Positions 63,941 to 64,000 of a DNA stretch of 64,000 bases are shown in pieces. Every line of letters begins with the position of its first letter. The first letter of the stretch is position 1. The position numbers and the translations under genes were made by a program. Origin of the DNA: Candidatus Aenigmatarchaeota archaeon (lineage in GTDB: Archaea > Aenigmatarchaeota > Aenigmatarchaeia > CG10238-14 > SpSt-28); contig JAWBNO010000001.1 of assembly GCA_039000725.1 (NCBI GenBank), positions 397,152 to 461,151 on the forward strand, in the 5' to 3' direction. Below the pieces are notes generated by a model. The model saw nothing but the letters and a program-made list of their open reading frames with translations. It did no database searches and was not told the DNA's origin.

Positions 63941-64000
63941 ATGAACTTTAAGGTTAATCCTTGGGAAGTTGAAGGTAAAGTTGATTATGATAAGCTAGCT
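63941..64000 (+). CDS. trpS: Tryptophan--tRNA ligase, N-terminal fragment (3' partial)
   Basis: MNFKVNPWEVEGKVDYDKLA matches the archaeal/eukaryotic TrpRS N-terminal VxPWxV...DYDKL motif. Confidence 0.8.
   Translation, partial: MNFKVNPWEVEGKVDYDKLA

Overview
AT-rich, very compact archaeal chromosome segment. Gene content and style (archaeal ribosomal proteins, Cbf5, aRF1, archaeal pilins, giant GNVGIGTT-repeat surface protein, fragmented ribosomal operons) suggest a DPANN lineage, possibly Aenigmarchaeota-like; this placement is inference. Most of the window is housekeeping: five aminoacyl-tRNA synthetases (one partial), ribosomal proteins, four intron-less tRNAs, class II RNR, Lhr, SMC, CDC48 and RtcB. 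Four inteins are present (aRF1, RtcB x2, CDC48). The main oddities are: (i) an aRF1 gene with no canonical start for its conserved N-terminus, a prfB-like ATT-TAG-C site, GGM instead of GGQ, and a mini-intein in the catalytic loop; (ii) an unannotated ribbon-helix-helix gene with palindromic operators heading an operon for a 2693-aa repeat-mosaic surface protein and a Cys-rich secreted protein; (iii) a C-terminally truncated AlaRS followed by a coupled 52-aa copy of its own last helical segment; (iv) two paralogous inteins 25 codons apart in RtcB; (v) a K-turn H/ACA-like sRNA, a short-armed SMC and an orphan ORF inside the ribosomal protein operon. Several small genes absent from the ORF track were read by hand. 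No CRISPR array, rRNA, integrase, transposase or reverse transcriptase was seen. All calls come from motif recognition by eye; no searches were run.
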